Assembly: GCA_026990765.1 (NCBI GenBank)
Contig: JALXCV010000023.1
Location: 17,829 to 81,828 of the forward strand
DNA length: 64,000 nt
Direction of reading: 5' to 3'
Origin: Hyphomicrobiales bacterium
Lineage (GTDB): Bacteria > Pseudomonadota > Alphaproteobacteria > Rhizobiales > Aestuariivirgaceae
The position numbers and the translations under genes are program-made. The notes under the pieces were generated by a model. The model was not told the origin of the DNA, did not search any database, and worked only from the letters and a program-made list of their open reading frames with translations. This document shows, piece by piece, positions 29,021 through 40,900 of this stretch; the first letter of the stretch is position 1; each line of letters starts with the position of its first letter.

Positions 29021-29644
29021 ATGAGCCGATTATATGACAGATATGTACTGCCGCGCCTGATCAATATTGCCTGTGGCAGCTCAACCATAGTTGCACAGCG
29101 CCAGATAGTGGTGCCAAGGGTTTCAGGAACCGTGCTTGAGGTTGGTATTGGACCGGGGCTTAATCTGCCATTTTACGACCGGGACAGGGTGAAAAAGGTC
29201 ATTGGTATTGATCCGGCAACTGGAGTGCTGAAGCTGGGCGAAAAGCATTTTGCCGGTTCGGACCTTGACCTTGAGGTCTTGCAGGCATCGGCTGAAGATA
29301 TTCCGCTGGAGGCCAATCAGGTTGACAGTATTCTGCTGACCTGGTCGGGTTGTTCCATACCAGATATTGAAAAGGGGCTAAGCGAGATGCGCCGGGTATT
29401 AAAACCGGGTGGTGAACTGGTGTTTTGTGAACATGGTCGCTCCAAAGACCCCAATATTGCCAAGTGGCAGGACCGGTTGAACCCGCTTTGGTCGAGGATC
29501 GGGGGAGGTTGTCAGCTTAACCGCGATATGGCTGTCTTGATCAGCGATGCCGGGTTCAGGATCAATGAGCTGGAGATGTTTTATTCGGACAAATATCTGA
29601 AACCGATGACTTTTCACTTTCGCGGGACAGCGATTGCCGAGTGA
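29021..29644 (+). CDS. Class I SAM-dependent methyltransferase
   Basis: Probable start is ATG 29021 after GGAG; the ORF is open from 28961. Motif I VLEVGIGPGLNL and a post-motif LKPGGELVFCEH. Confidence 0.65.
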   Translation: MSRLYDRYVLPRLINIACGSSTIVAQRQIVVPRVSGTVLEVGIGPGLNLPFYDRDRVKKVIGIDPATGVLKLGEKHFAGSDLDLEVLQASAEDIPLEANQVDSILLTWSGCSIPDIEKGLSEMRRVLKPGGELVFCEHGRSKDPNIAKWQDRLNPLWSRIGGGCQLNRDMAVLISDAGFRINELEMFYSDKYLKPMTFHFRGTAIAE

Positions 29645-29686
29645 AGCACTTCCAAAATTTCCAATTCCCGGCTATCACCTGTTCTC

Positions 29687-30673
29687 ATGAATAACAGGCA
29701 ATTGCTTATATGGGCGCTGCATGGCAAGCGGGCCGGGGATAATTCGCAGGTTTCGGTTATAGCCGATGCTGTGGCGAAAGCCTGTGACGGCAAAGTCCTG
29801 GTGAAAAAGATGCAGTTTCATCGCGGATTTGGCTTGCCGAACCTGCTGTTCAGCTCCGGGAGAATGCCACTCAAAGGGGAAATGGAACCGCCATGGCCTG
29901 ATCTGGTGGTGGCAGCAGGCAGACGTTCGGTGCCGGTAGTGAAGAAAATTCAGAAACTTTCAGAGGGCAAGACCAAAACTGTTCATATTGGCCGCCCGCG
30001 CGCACCACTTGGCTGGTTTGATCTGGTGGTGACTACGCCGCAATATGGATTGCCGGCTGATGATAATGTTGCAGTAATACCGCTACCCTTTAGCCAGGCC
30101 GGCAAAGGCACAGGCAATGAAGATGAGTGGGACAGGGTGTTTCGATCATATAAACAGCCATTTCTCGGGGTGTTGGTCGGGGCTGGAAAATACCCGTTTG
30201 TGTTGAATGAATTGGCTGTTGACCGGATGATTGAGCGGCTGATCGAGCATGGCAAAGCAACCGGCGGCAGCTCGCTGGTGGCCACTTCGCCCAGAACTCC
30301 AGAAAATATTAAAAATGCGATTTTGCGCAAATTGCCGACAGGCAGTTATTTTTATGACTGGCAAAAGGCAACGGATAACCCGCTGGCAGCAATTCTGGCA
30401 AAAGCGGAGAGTTTTTTGGTGACCGGTGAAAGTGCTTCAATGATTTCTGATGCCATGATGACTGGCAGGCCGGTTGAAGTATTTGAACTGCCGGTTGGCT
30501 ATCCGTTTATCCGCTGGCGGGCTGATGGCGGACTTATTGCAAGCCTGGCCCGCAACGGTATTCTGACACCGCCACGCGATATGACAAGGTTGCACAGGCA
30601 GCTTGGTGAAAGCGGTTATGATCAAGGTGAGCAGCTTGAACGGGTGGTAAAGCGGGTTCTGGCGCTGTTTTGA
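29687..30673 (+). CDS. ELM1/DUF1022-like family protein (function uncertain)
   Basis: 328 aa. The N-terminus LLIWALHGKRAGDNSQV and overall size resemble alphaproteobacterial ELM1-family proteins. The assignment is from memory of the family only. Confidence 0.35.
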   Translation: MNNRQLLIWALHGKRAGDNSQVSVIADAVAKACDGKVLVKKMQFHRGFGLPNLLFSSGRMPLKGEMEPPWPDLVVAAGRRSVPVVKKIQKLSEGKTKTVHIGRPRAPLGWFDLVVTTPQYGLPADDNVAVIPLPFSQAGKGTGNEDEWDRVFRSYKQPFLGVLVGAGKYPFVLNELAVDRMIERLIEHGKATGGSSLVATSPRTPENIKNAILRKLPTGSYFYDWQKATDNPLAAILAKAESFLVTGESASMISDAMMTGRPVEVFELPVGYPFIRWRADGGLIASLARNGILTPPRDMTRLHRQLGESGYDQGEQLERVVKRVLALF

Positions 30674-30706
30674 TGTTTTGTCCGTAAAAAATGTCCGGGC
30701 AAAATA

Positions 30707-30746
30707 AAAACGCGGAACTGCCTTAAAAGACAATCCCGCGCTTTTT
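30707..30746. terminator. Hairpin with T-runs on both strands (bidirectional terminator candidate)
   Basis: CGCGG (30711-30715) pairs with CCGCG (30736-30740), extended by A/T pairs. On the minus strand the stem is followed by TTTTTATTTT, on the plus strand by CTTTTT. The loop is about 20 nt, so the structure is not strong. Confidence 0.4.
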
Positions 30747-31083
30747 AGCTGTGATTCAGGTCCAACAGCGCTGCAGCCATTTCAGGCGCGGCATTTGCTG
30801 TCGCATTATCACAACATGCACTGCTCATTTTCAACTTTCACATGTTGCCATGTTTCTGCTTTGATGAGCCAGAATAAAGTTCTGTTTCACTTTTCAACCT
30901 GACTTTTACGGTCCTATATCAATTGCAAGCAATTTCTATTGTACCAAAGCCTGAAATCCAAGTTTCTTTTCACTTTGTTCTGCCAACCACCTTGGCGGTT
31001 TGTGCAAGTGTATTATTGCGCAGATAATTGGGTTTGTCATTAACTGATTCGAGTTGTCCACATTCTGTCCACAGGCAGGTGAT

Positions 31084-32280
31084 TCAGTGTTTCAAGATGG
31101 TTTCCCTGCCCGGTTTTGGGTTGCGCGGAACCAGCAGCGCCAGGATTAGTGAGGTTGTGGCTATGGCGGTGCCGATCAGGAAAACTGCTGCCGGGTTTTC
31201 AAGCCAGATGAAACCCAATATTACCGGAATGATTACAGCTGCTATGTGATTTATTGAAAAGGCAATACCGGCAGTTGGTGCCATATCTGCCGGATCACCG
31301 ATTTTCTGGAAATAGGTGCGCATGGCAATGGCAAGGGCAAAAAATGCGTGATCAATAATATACAGGCCTGATGCCACCCATGGGTTGGTGACGAAAGCAT
31401 AGGCAGTAAATACGCCTATCAGGCCGGTATATTCAAATATCATGGCATTGCGCTCACCCCATTTGCCTATCAACCGGCCTATCAGGGGAGCGAAAAAGAT
31501 ATTGAATACTTCATTGGCCAGAAACATGGCGATGATGGCTGGAACTGTGAAGTTAAATTTTTCAACCATCAAGAATCCGGCAAATACCACAAATATCTGG
31601 CGCCGGGCGCCGCCCATGAAGGTCAGGGCATAATACAGCCAGTAGCGCGATCTGAGGATAAGCTTTTTATGCTGGATAACCTTTTCCTCATAGTCGGGAA
31701 AGGCAAACCAGGCGATGGCTGCTATGATTATGGCAAAAAAGCCGCCAATCAGATAAACGGTTTTAAATTCGGGGTGAAACAGCCACCATCCAGCCCCGAT
31801 AAGCGTAAAGGCTGTTACCCTTCCAATTGAGGTTATTGACAAAATTCTTCCCATCAAGGCCGGGGCCTCATCTCTGGGCAGCCATTGCAGGGTCAGGGAA
31901 TGGTTTATGGTCTCGAAATAGTGAAAACCTGCCGACATGATGATTGTGGTGGTATAAAAGCCCAGCTCATTGGGGAAATAACCGGTAAGTCCTGTGCCGA
32001 TCCCAAGAGTTACCAGTGCCAGAATGGCAAAGGTCTGTTCGCGAAAAATCAGCAAAAAGCCGATGGCGGTGAAGGCCAAAAGGCCAGGTATCTCGCGTAA
32101 TGATTGCAGGATACCGATTTCGCGTCCGGTAAAATGCACCTGTTCAATCGAGAAATTATTGAGCAAGGCGCTCCAGGCTGAAAATGTTATCCAGTTGGCA
32201 AGAACGGTAATGACAAGAAACACGAAAGGGCGCTGCCAGCCGGTTGCTAGATCAATGGGGATGGATTTGCGTTGTATCAT
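31084..32280 (-). CDS. MFS transporter
   Basis: 398 aa, about 12 hydrophobic segments, ATG start at 32280. No substrate can be assigned. Confidence 0.7.
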   Translation of the reverse strand: MIQRKSIPIDLATGWQRPFVFLVITVLANWITFSAWSALLNNFSIEQVHFTGREIGILQSLREIPGLLAFTAIGFLLIFREQTFAILALVTLGIGTGLTGYFPNELGFYTTTIIMSAGFHYFETINHSLTLQWLPRDEAPALMGRILSITSIGRVTAFTLIGAGWWLFHPEFKTVYLIGGFFAIIIAAIAWFAFPDYEEKVIQHKKLILRSRYWLYYALTFMGGARRQIFVVFAGFLMVEKFNFTVPAIIAMFLANEVFNIFFAPLIGRLIGKWGERNAMIFEYTGLIGVFTAYAFVTNPWVASGLYIIDHAFFALAIAMRTYFQKIGDPADMAPTAGIAFSINHIAAVIIPVILGFIWLENPAAVFLIGTAIATTSLILALLVPRNPKPGRETILKH

Positions 32281-32335
32281 CCATCGCCTGTAGCATGTAG
32301 AGGCTCTACAGGATAGCTGAAACAGCCTGGAACAT

Positions 32336-33592
32336 TCAGTCTGAGCTGGTATCGCAAATCAGATGAATGATACGGGACCGCCATTTGGGGCTCATTGCGT
32401 GATAGGCTTTTTTGATCATGGGGCGAACCATTGCCAGATATACTCTTGCATACAGGCTGCCCAGTCCGGTCAGAGGCATGCAGAAATCGCATGTCGTAAC
32501 GCTGCCGCTGCTCCACGACAATTTGTGGCGATCACCGGGAACCATCAGGTCGAATACATCCATGCCATCCAAAAGGGCTTTTCTTTGTGAAAGATCCATA
32601 TGCAGGCGGGCAGGAGAAGCATTGGTCATGTCATTATTATGTGAAGTGACATAGCCAAAATGCCGATTTTTGTAGCGCAAGCCGATTTCAACCGAAACAG
32701 TCTTTTTGTTGATGCTCATGACAGAAACCGTGGTTTCAAGGCCGCTCGCCTTGTTTCCAAGATTGCCAAGAAAGTCGATGATACTGCCGGAACGCACGGG
32801 CGAGGATTGCAGGCCGCGTTCATTGAGCCATTTGCGTTTTTCGATTATCGCATGTTTGATTTCGCGCTGTTTGCCTTGAGGGTCATCCATCATGGAAAAT
32901 TCCAGCGGTCCGGCTTTTTCCAGACCTGCCCGGATACGTTTGCGGCGGCGGCGCTGCGATTTGCTGTATCTTGCTTCATAGTCCTGTTCGTTTTTATATT
33001 GGGTCAGGTCCATGTAGGGAGCGGTATCAGGTTCACCGACCATATGTGCTTTGGTATGCAAAAAATCGTGTATCAGGCTGTCCTTGCGAACATGGCGCAG
33101 GCGAATGGCGTCAACTTCTTCAGTTGCAGTCAATTCCTGCCAGGCCAGTTCAAAAACCTGCTGGTGGTCAATGTCCTTGTCGATAAGCACATCGCCATAT
33201 TGGGCAAAGGGATCAGAAAGCCATCTTAGAATGCAAATCGGGCCGACACAGGTGGTCATCATTGGCCAGACCATAATGAGGCGGTCCTGCAGGTGGACAG
33301 TTAAAATGTGAATTTTATATGCGTCACTATTGGTGGCGATATGTTCTACCCAGCTGGCGCACCAGTCAAAGCTCTGGAAAACCTGGGTTGCAATGGCTGA
33401 CCGCTTTTCCAGCTCTACCCAGTCCATGTGCAGAGCAACCATATCTTCAAGTGATGTGGCGATTTTTATTTTAAAATCACCTGCGGTCTTTGCTGAGCGG
33501 CTGGAAGTTTCGGTTTTTGAGTGAATGTCACGATCCCCATCGATATCAAAACCCGTTGTGTTCCTGGTCAGCGTTTGTGTCAGTATCCCCAT
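32336..33592 (-). CDS. CelD/BioF2-like GNAT-fold acetyltransferase family protein (uncertain)
   Basis: About 418 aa. Segment DWVELEKRSAIATQVFQSFDWCASWVEH and the length resemble the CelD-like (Acetyltransf_6) family. The start is ambiguous (ATG 33592 or TTG 33604). Confidence 0.4.
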   Translation of the reverse strand: MGILTQTLTRNTTGFDIDGDRDIHSKTETSSRSAKTAGDFKIKIATSLEDMVALHMDWVELEKRSAIATQVFQSFDWCASWVEHIATNSDAYKIHILTVHLQDRLIMVWPMMTTCVGPICILRWLSDPFAQYGDVLIDKDIDHQQVFELAWQELTATEEVDAIRLRHVRKDSLIHDFLHTKAHMVGEPDTAPYMDLTQYKNEQDYEARYSKSQRRRRKRIRAGLEKAGPLEFSMMDDPQGKQREIKHAIIEKRKWLNERGLQSSPVRSGSIIDFLGNLGNKASGLETTVSVMSINKKTVSVEIGLRYKNRHFGYVTSHNNDMTNASPARLHMDLSQRKALLDGMDVFDLMVPGDRHKLSWSSGSVTTCDFCMPLTGLGSLYARVYLAMVRPMIKKAYHAMSPKWRSRIIHLICDTSSD

Positions 33593-33679
33593 CGGACGCC
33601 CCAATACATTAGTCTGTATCTTATATAATGGCGCAAAAAACTTTAATGTTTGTTACAAACTGTTCGAATTTTATCTGTA

Positions 33680-34855
33680 TTAGCGGGTTAATTCGCGCAT
33701 TGCGGCGTCAATTCCCTCCAAAGTCAAGGGAAACATGCGTCCTTCAAAGCTTTGGGAAACCATTTTGATGGATTGGGTGAAGCCCCAATATTGTTCAGGA
33801 GACGGGTTGAGCCAGACAGATGAGGGCCAGGTCTGTCGTACTCTGTGCAGCCATGTAAGGCCTGCCTCATCATTGATATGTTCAACCGAACCACCTGCAT
33901 GGGTCAGTTCATATGGCGACATGGAAGCATCGCCAATGAAGATCACCTTGTAGTCTGACGGGTATGTGTGCAGCAGATCAATTGTGTCTATGGTTTCGGT
34001 ATGGCGGCGTGAATTATTGCGCCATACCTTTTCATACAGACAATTGTGGAAGTAAAAATATTCCATATGTTTGAACTGGGAACGCGCGGCTGAAAACAGC
34101 TCTTCGCAGGTTCTGACAAACGGGTCCATCGAGCCGCCAACATCAAAAAACAGCAATACCTTGACGGTGTTGCGGCGTTCAGGGATCATTTTGAGGTCGA
34201 GATATCCCTTATTGGCTGATGAGCGGATAGTGTCATCAAGATCAAGCTTGTCAGCATGGCCTTTGCGGGCAAACTGGCGCAGTCGGCGAAGGGCAATCTT
34301 GATATTGCGGGTGCCAAGTTCAACTGAATCATCAAGGTCTTTATATTCGCGCCGGTCCCAGACCTTGATAGCCCGCTTGTGACGGCTTTCATGCTGGCCG
34401 ATGCGGATGCCTGCCGGGTTATAGCCATAGGCGCCAAATGGTGAGGTGCCTCCAGTGCCAATCCATTTATTGCCGCCCTGATGGCGGCCCTGTTGTTCAG
34501 CCAGCCGCTTTTTCAATTCCTCCATGATCTTTTCCCAGCCGCCAAGCGCTTTGATCTGGGCTTTTTCTTCTTCAGTGAGGAATTTTTCGGTTAGTGCGCG
34601 CAGCCATTCATCTGGAATTTCGGCCAGAATATCATCACAAAGTGATTCAATTCCTTCAAATATGTGACTGAAAACACGATCAAATTTATCAATGTTGCGT
34701 TCGTCCTTTACCAGGCATGAACGCGACAGATAATAAAAATCTTCCATCCGGTAATTGGCAGCACCAGCTTGCAGTGCTTCCATTAAAGTCAGATATTCTC
34801 TCAAAGTCACCGGTATCTGGGCAGCCTTGAGTTCATAGAAGAAATTCAAAAACAT
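33680..34855 (-). CDS. VWA domain protein, CoxE-like (COG3825 type)
   Basis: 391 aa. The N-terminus MFLNFFYELKAAQIPVTLREYLTLMEAL is typical of CoxE-like VWA proteins. A VWA/MIDAS-like core VLLFFDVGGSMD. Confidence 0.7.
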   Translation of the reverse strand: MFLNFFYELKAAQIPVTLREYLTLMEALQAGAANYRMEDFYYLSRSCLVKDERNIDKFDRVFSHIFEGIESLCDDILAEIPDEWLRALTEKFLTEEEKAQIKALGGWEKIMEELKKRLAEQQGRHQGGNKWIGTGGTSPFGAYGYNPAGIRIGQHESRHKRAIKVWDRREYKDLDDSVELGTRNIKIALRRLRQFARKGHADKLDLDDTIRSSANKGYLDLKMIPERRNTVKVLLFFDVGGSMDPFVRTCEELFSAARSQFKHMEYFYFHNCLYEKVWRNNSRRHTETIDTIDLLHTYPSDYKVIFIGDASMSPYELTHAGGSVEHINDEAGLTWLHRVRQTWPSSVWLNPSPEQYWGFTQSIKMVSQSFEGRMFPLTLEGIDAAMRELTR

Positions 34856-34938
34856 GTTGTGGAACTGACTCCTTGTTTATGCAGGTCTTATAAAAGACTG
34901 CCGGGATGGCGTAAACAATGAGTGTTCGCATTTTTGGG

Positions 34939-35430
34939 TTATTTGGCGGTTGCTTCAGCGGCCAGTGATGCAAACAGCTTGTCGAGTTCTTTTGCCAGAT
35001 TTTTCAGCTTGTCGCCACCTTCTTTCATATAGGGAGCAAAAACAAAGGATGGGGTTTTGTAGGACAGGGTGGCGGTGCCATCTGAATTTTCAGTTATGTA
35101 AACCCTGATCGGGGCTTCAATGCCAGCCGCGATTGAGGCTTCAAGCATGGGAATGGCAAAACGGGGATGATAAAGGCCAATCACCATATTGCCGGGGATT
35201 TTCTTTTTCAGAACCTTCATGGCACCGACTGTTGCCGATGCACGGGTAACAACTCCGATCTTGTGAGATTTGGCAGCTGCATTTACCCGCTTTACCAAAG
35301 TGGCATAATCATGAGTTGATCTTGCAGTTTTCCAGCCAGACTGATTGCCAGGACCCATGGCAGATGCCGGAGTTGATATTGCCATGACCAGCATGGTGAG
35401 AGCTGTGATGAGTTTGATAAATGGATTCAT
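34939..35430 (-). CDS. DUF302 domain protein with signal peptide
   Basis: 163 aa. Signal-like N-terminus MNPFIKLITALTMLVMAISTPASA. DUF302-like core GLYHPRFAIPMLEASIAAGIEAPIRVYITE. Confidence 0.6.
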   Translation of the reverse strand: MNPFIKLITALTMLVMAISTPASAMGPGNQSGWKTARSTHDYATLVKRVNAAAKSHKIGVVTRASATVGAMKVLKKKIPGNMVIGLYHPRFAIPMLEASIAAGIEAPIRVYITENSDGTATLSYKTPSFVFAPYMKEGGDKLKNLAKELDKLFASLAAEATAK

Positions 35431-35721
35431 TGTTATTGTTCCTTGTTGATTATTGTGGGTCTTTGATACCGACGGCAGGGTTTGACAACAACAAGCAGTT
35501 GATCAAATGATGGTAACTTTGCGGTGATCTGATGAATTGTGGTCGGTAGATATAAGGCGCCACATATTTCCTGAAAGCCTGCTGAGAATACGCATGTTTG
35601 ACCAACAGCCATTGGCAAGTTGAAATAATTACCACGGCTTTGCCGAAAATCTGATTGTTTATTCCGGTGCTGATGGTTTATGACAGACGCAAGCTGGAAT
35701 TCAAGAAACAGGATAAAGATC

Positions 35722-37572
35722 ATGCCGCAATATCGCTCCAAAACTTCCACCCATGGCCGTAATATGGCAGGTGCACGTGCCTTGTGGCGCGCTACCGGGG
35801 TCAAGAACAATGATTTTGGCAAGCCGATAATTGCGGTGGTCAACTCCTTTACCCAGTTTGTACCCGGCCATGTGCATTTGAAAGACCTTGGGCAGATGGT
35901 GGCACGCGAGATCGAAGCTGCTGGCGCTATTGCCAAGGAATTTAACACTATTGCCATAGATGACGGTATCGCCATGGGGCATGACGGCATGCTTTATTCA
36001 CTGCCAAGCCGCGAGATTATTGCAGATTCAGTAGAATATATGGTCAATGCCCATTGCGCCGATGCGATGGTGTGCATTTCCAATTGTGACAAGATAACTC
36101 CCGGCATGATGATGGCAGCGATGCGGCTGAATATCCCTTCAGTTTTCGTGTCAGGCGGGCCGATGGAAGCAGGGCGCGATGACAGTATCAATCACGGGCT
36201 TGATCTGGTTGATGCGATTATTATGGGGACTGATCCGCAAGTATCTGATGAAACGGTTGAACTGGTTGAAGAGAGCGCCTGTCCGACTTGCGGTTCGTGT
36301 TCTGGCATGTTCACAGCCAATTCCATGAACTGTCTGGCCGAGGCTTTGGGCTTTGCCTTGCCCGGCAATGGCACCATTGTTGCAACCCATGCTGATCGCA
36401 AGGGGCTGTTCCTTGACGCCGCACGCAAGGTGGTGGAGCTGTGTGAGCGTTATTACAAGGGTGATGACAGTTCGGTACTGCCGCGCAATCTGGCCAGTTT
36501 TGAAGCATTTGAAAATGCCATGACGCTGGATATTGCCATGGGTGGTTCAACCAATACGGTATTGCATCTTTTGGCCATTGCCCGGGAAGGCGGGATTGAT
36601 TTTAGCATGGCTGATATTGACCGGCTGTCAAAACAGGTGCCAAATCTGTGCAAGCTGGCCCCGTCAACCCAGCAATATCACATGGAAGACTGCCACCGCG
36701 CTGGTGGGATCATGGGGATTTTGGCCGAGTTGAACCGGGCCGGGCTGGTGCATGGTGAGTGTACAACGGTGCATGCGCCAAGCATGGGTGAAGCGATCGA
36801 GCGCCATGACATCATGAATTCACCGGATGCAGAAATTAGCAAAATGTATAGTGCGGCACCTGGCGGGGTTCATTCGATCAAGGCATTTTCGCAGGACAAA
36901 CGCTATCGTGAACTCGACAGGGACCGTGAAAGCGGCTGTATCCGTGACAAGGCCCATGCCTATAGTCAGGATGGCGGGCTGGCGGTGCTATATGGCAATA
37001 TTGCGGTAGATGGCTGTATCGTCAAGACAGCTGGCGTTGATGAGGATAATCTGACCTTTTCCGGTCCGGCAGTGATTTTCGAAAGTCAGGATGCAGCAGT
37101 TAAAGCCATTACCGGCAATAAGGTGAAATCCGGTGATGTAGTGCTTATCCGCTATGAGGGACCGCGCGGCGGGCCGGGCATGCAGGAAATGCTGTATCCG
37201 ACCTCATATCTCAAATCCATGGGGCTGGGCACGCAATGCGCCCTGATTACTGATGGCCGTTTCTCTGGTGGCACCTCTGGCCTGTCAATCGGCCACATAT
37301 CACCAGAAGCGGCATCAGGCGGCAATATCGGTCTGGTTGAGAATGGCGATATAATCGAAATCGATATTCCGGGCAGGATTATCCGGGCAAATGTCAGCGA
37401 TGAAGAATTTGACGCACGCCGCACAGCGATGAATGAACGCGGAGATGAAGCCTGGAAACCGGCAGAAAAACGCGACCGCATTGTATCGCGCTCACTTGAA
37501 GCTTACGGCCTGATGGCTACATCGGCAGACAAGGGAGCGGTACGGGATTTGACGGGGCTGAAAAGGGTGTAG
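35722..37572 (+). CDS. ilvD: Dihydroxy-acid dehydratase
   Basis: 616 aa from ATG 35722 ([26 protein letters not shown]); the ORF is open from 35680. Conserved [30 protein letters not shown] and [14 protein letters not shown] motifs. Confidence 0.95.
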   Translation: MPQYRSKTSTHGRNMAGARALWRATGVKNNDFGKPIIAVVNSFTQFVPGHVHLKDLGQMVAREIEAAGAIAKEFNTIAIDDGIAMGHDGMLYSLPSREIIADSVEYMVNAHCADAMVCISNCDKITPGMMMAAMRLNIPSVFVSGGPMEAGRDDSINHGLDLVDAIIMGTDPQVSDETVELVEESACPTCGSCSGMFTANSMNCLAEALGFALPGNGTIVATHADRKGLFLDAARKVVELCERYYKGDDSSVLPRNLASFEAFENAMTLDIAMGGSTNTVLHLLAIAREGGIDFSMADIDRLSKQVPNLCKLAPSTQQYHMEDCHRAGGIMGILAELNRAGLVHGECTTVHAPSMGEAIERHDIMNSPDAEISKMYSAAPGGVHSIKAFSQDKRYRELDRDRESGCIRDKAHAYSQDGGLAVLYGNIAVDGCIVKTAGVDEDNLTFSGPAVIFESQDAAVKAITGNKVKSGDVVLIRYEGPRGGPGMQEMLYPTSYLKSMGLGTQCALITDGRFSGGTSGLSIGHISPEAASGGNIGLVENGDIIEIDIPGRIIRANVSDEEFDARRTAMNERGDEAWKPAEKRDRIVSRSLEAYGLMATSADKGAVRDLTGLKRV

Positions 37573-37985
37573 ATGATTTGTGATCGTAAGCATGATGGGC
37601 TGGACAAAGCCTGTTTCAGCTTGATAACAGCATTGTTCATTGGCTTGAGTTGCATAACTATTCATGACGGGAGCAAAACTCCATTTTTGTCTATGGTTTA
37701 GGCAACTTAGACAACCAAAACATATTACTCATGACAAATTGACTTTGCAGATATGAACAGTAAATCTGATTGAAAGAATAATATCATAATTGGCATCTCC
37801 TGCTACAAATAACAAAGTGGTATTGCTTGTAATTATAGCTTTTATTGTGCTATGATGAATATGTTATTATATGTCAATATGTGGGATTGCTGCCACATTA
37901 TGAAATGTTTTGACCGGGGAAAGTCAAAAGTGAAGGTAAGCTTGTGTCTTGTCCCCCGGGAAAGGGGTTTGGGGAGGAGTTTACC

Positions 37986-40900
37986 ATGGCTGATATCGGT
38001 TTTCGTAGTCCAGTTGACAGTTTGATCTCCAATTTCAAGAATGATATAAGCAGCGGTTATGCCGGTAACGGGTGGTGGCGAAATTTCAGTCGGGATTTTT
38101 CAGACGGCACTGGTATATATAATGTACATTATGGATACGACTTAAACTGGACCAAGAATGGTGGTGTAAATGATGATGTAGGTGCTCCTGTATATGCCAC
38201 CTATGCCGGAACAGTGGTTCGTTCACAAGGTGGGCTAAGTTGGAATAAAGGAGGAAACACCGGCTATGGAAATGTTATTGCTATAAAGCATGATATGAGC
38301 AGGTTTTATGATTGGGACGATTATTTAGATGAAAATGGCGATCAACGGTTTGTTTATTCTGAATATGAACATATGTATGATTTTGATACAAATACTAACA
38401 CCGTTGACTATCGAGCCTATTCCGAAGATTTTTTTGAAAACATTTTAACAGAAAAAACCAACGAAGATGGCGATACATACACAGTTGGCCCCGAAGACTT
38501 AGCAGGTGAAAATCACTCTATCTCAGTTGATGACACAATTGGTGCCTTCTTTGGTACCAGATATGGTCATTCTCAACAAATTGGTAATATAGCAAGTTCC
38601 GGTGCAAGTGATGGCGCACACCTTCACTTTCAAATGTGGGTTGGAGGTAAAAATGATACAAAAAAGGATTTTAACGAAGGAGAAGAAGAAGGCTCAATTG
38701 ATGCATTTGTCTTCATTCGGGAACATTCCTTTTCCGATTATGAAAGTTTGGCTTACAGGGATCTATTGCCAGCATTCTACGGGGTAGTTCCACCAGAAAA
38801 CGAGCCTACCAAACTTGCCCATACATTAGATATTGATAACACCACTGATAATAGAAATGGTTCATTGAATTATTATGGCAGGTTGTATAATGACGAAGAT
38901 GTAGATAATTATACTATTTCACTGGATGCCGGGAATTACTACTTTACACTTGTTGAAGAATCTTTGTTTCGTTATGAGAACGCAGCCAAGGGCTTGCAGT
39001 ATGGATTTTCCAATCTGGATATTTTCTATCTGGATAGTTTCAGAAGTAACCATACTCAGATTGCGTTTTTTAAATTAGATGAAAGAACAGACGTAAACTT
39101 TTCGATTGGGTCAACTATCGATCCCTCCTTTTTTTCAACAGAAGACTATAGATTTTCATTTAGAGAATCGCCGTTTCAATTAGAAAATATAACTCTCCCT
39201 AATGAAAATACACAAAACCACCCACCAGCACTTGAATTCGGCGGCGGTGGTAACCAAACCCCCATTATACCGTCACTACCTTCCCAACCACCAGCTTCAG
39301 GTGATGTTTATGTCAGAAGCATCAATCGCGAAGAGCATTTCTCTGTTGGTGAGGAAGACTCATTCAGTGCCGGGATTGGATCAGGTAATAGCTGGGTGTA
39401 CAGGTTGACGACACTTTATGCCGGTGACCTTGATGTTTCAGCCACACTGTGGGGCGGTGCCGGGGCTACGGTTTCGCTTGCTCGTGATAATAACCGGGAT
39501 GGCTACATACAATCTGGTGAGATCATTCAGCAGATTAGTCTTGCCTCTGTTTCATCCGGGACTTTGGGAATAAGTGAATCACTTTCCGGTTCTGCCGAGC
39601 GCTACTTGATCGTGACATCAACGGGTAATGGTGGTGCTTCAAGTGAAATTCGGATATCTGCGAAGCTCAATGATCCTGGAACCGGAAATGGCACACCCGC
39701 GGTCAGTAATCCACCGCTCCCCTTGCCTCAAGATGAATCTTCGCAATCCAGCCCGTCTTCAATAAGTGATGATGGTTACTCCAGATTTGCCCGCATTGGC
39801 ATAAGCGGTGATCTTGATTATTTCCGTACCAACCTGCTTGAAGGTGGTCGTTCTTATTCATTTACTGCAATGCCATCAGGTTCGCAGGCTCTTTCAGATT
39901 TGCGGATGTTTATATACGATAGCGCCGGAAATTATGTAAGTTCGGCTTCGGCAACTCCAGGCAATGTTGCTCATTTCAATGTGGATATCCCAACAGGCAA
40001 TTCGCAGCCTTATTATACAATAGAAATTCTAGGTGCAAATGGGGCCACCGGTGGTTATGCAATCAGCTATCTGGATACAGGTGCCATTGTGCCCCCCGAT
40101 GATCATCCAGATGGTTCTTTTACACCTATTGCCATTGGAGGTACTGACACAGCATATATAGGATCTGCTGATGATGTGGATAATTTCAGTTTCACAACAG
40201 CTTATGGTCATCAATATACAGTAACGATAACACCTGTAGCTGGTACACTTGCCCCACTGACATATGGACGAATTGCAGTTTCTGATACAGACGGAGATAT
40301 GGTTGTTACCCGCTCTGTTGAATCGGCATCGACATTTGCCGTTCAGTTCGTTGCTTATGAAGCTGGTGATTTCAAACTGGCGCTGGATGCTTTGCGACAG
40401 GCAACCGGGCAGGCAAATATATCGATAACAGATAATGGTCAGGTAGTGTATCCGGCACCAACTGTTGCTGGAGCAACCTTCGAAGGTAACCTGACAAGCC
40501 AGTCATCATGGACCCCAATCAGTTGGAGTTATGATAACTTTACCCCCAATGGTGATGTTTATGACCTGTTCGTCTCGATGGGTAGTGAAGCAACCATTTA
40601 TGTCAAGGAAAATGGCAATGAGTATGGGGGGGTTGATGTTCAGGTCTTTACTCAGGGCGGAGAGATTATAACACCTGAATATCACGGTAATTATCCCGGT
40701 GACGGGCATGAGTATACTTTTTCTTCCAGCCCTGATCTTGGAGTCTTTTACAAAGTGCTTGTTTCCTACTCAGGCAATGGAAACAATACTGATTTTTCTT
40801 ATGGTATTGCATCGGTTCAAACTGATGACAAACCTGAAATTCCCAATGAAATTTTTACATTGGATGTGAATGGAATAGCTACTGGCCAGATAGAGAATTA

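Noticed and set aside
32660-33229. 189-aa plus-strand ORF (and several shorter ones) opposite the CelD-like gene.
   Set aside because: It is antisense to a longer ORF with family-like motifs. No motif or ribosome-binding site supports it.
33680-34855. Possible MoxR-VWA functional pair: the CoxE-like VWA gene here and the MoxR AAA+ gene at 52565..53410.
   Set aside because: The two genes are about 18 kb apart with many unrelated genes between them. There is no evidence in the sequence that they work together, so it is noted only as a coincidence of families.
35433-35990. 185-aa minus-strand ORF overlapping the 5' end of ilvD.
   Set aside because: It is antisense to a strongly conserved ilvD N-terminus, has no recognisable motifs, and its 3' end abuts the DUF302 gene start. 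Judged spurious.
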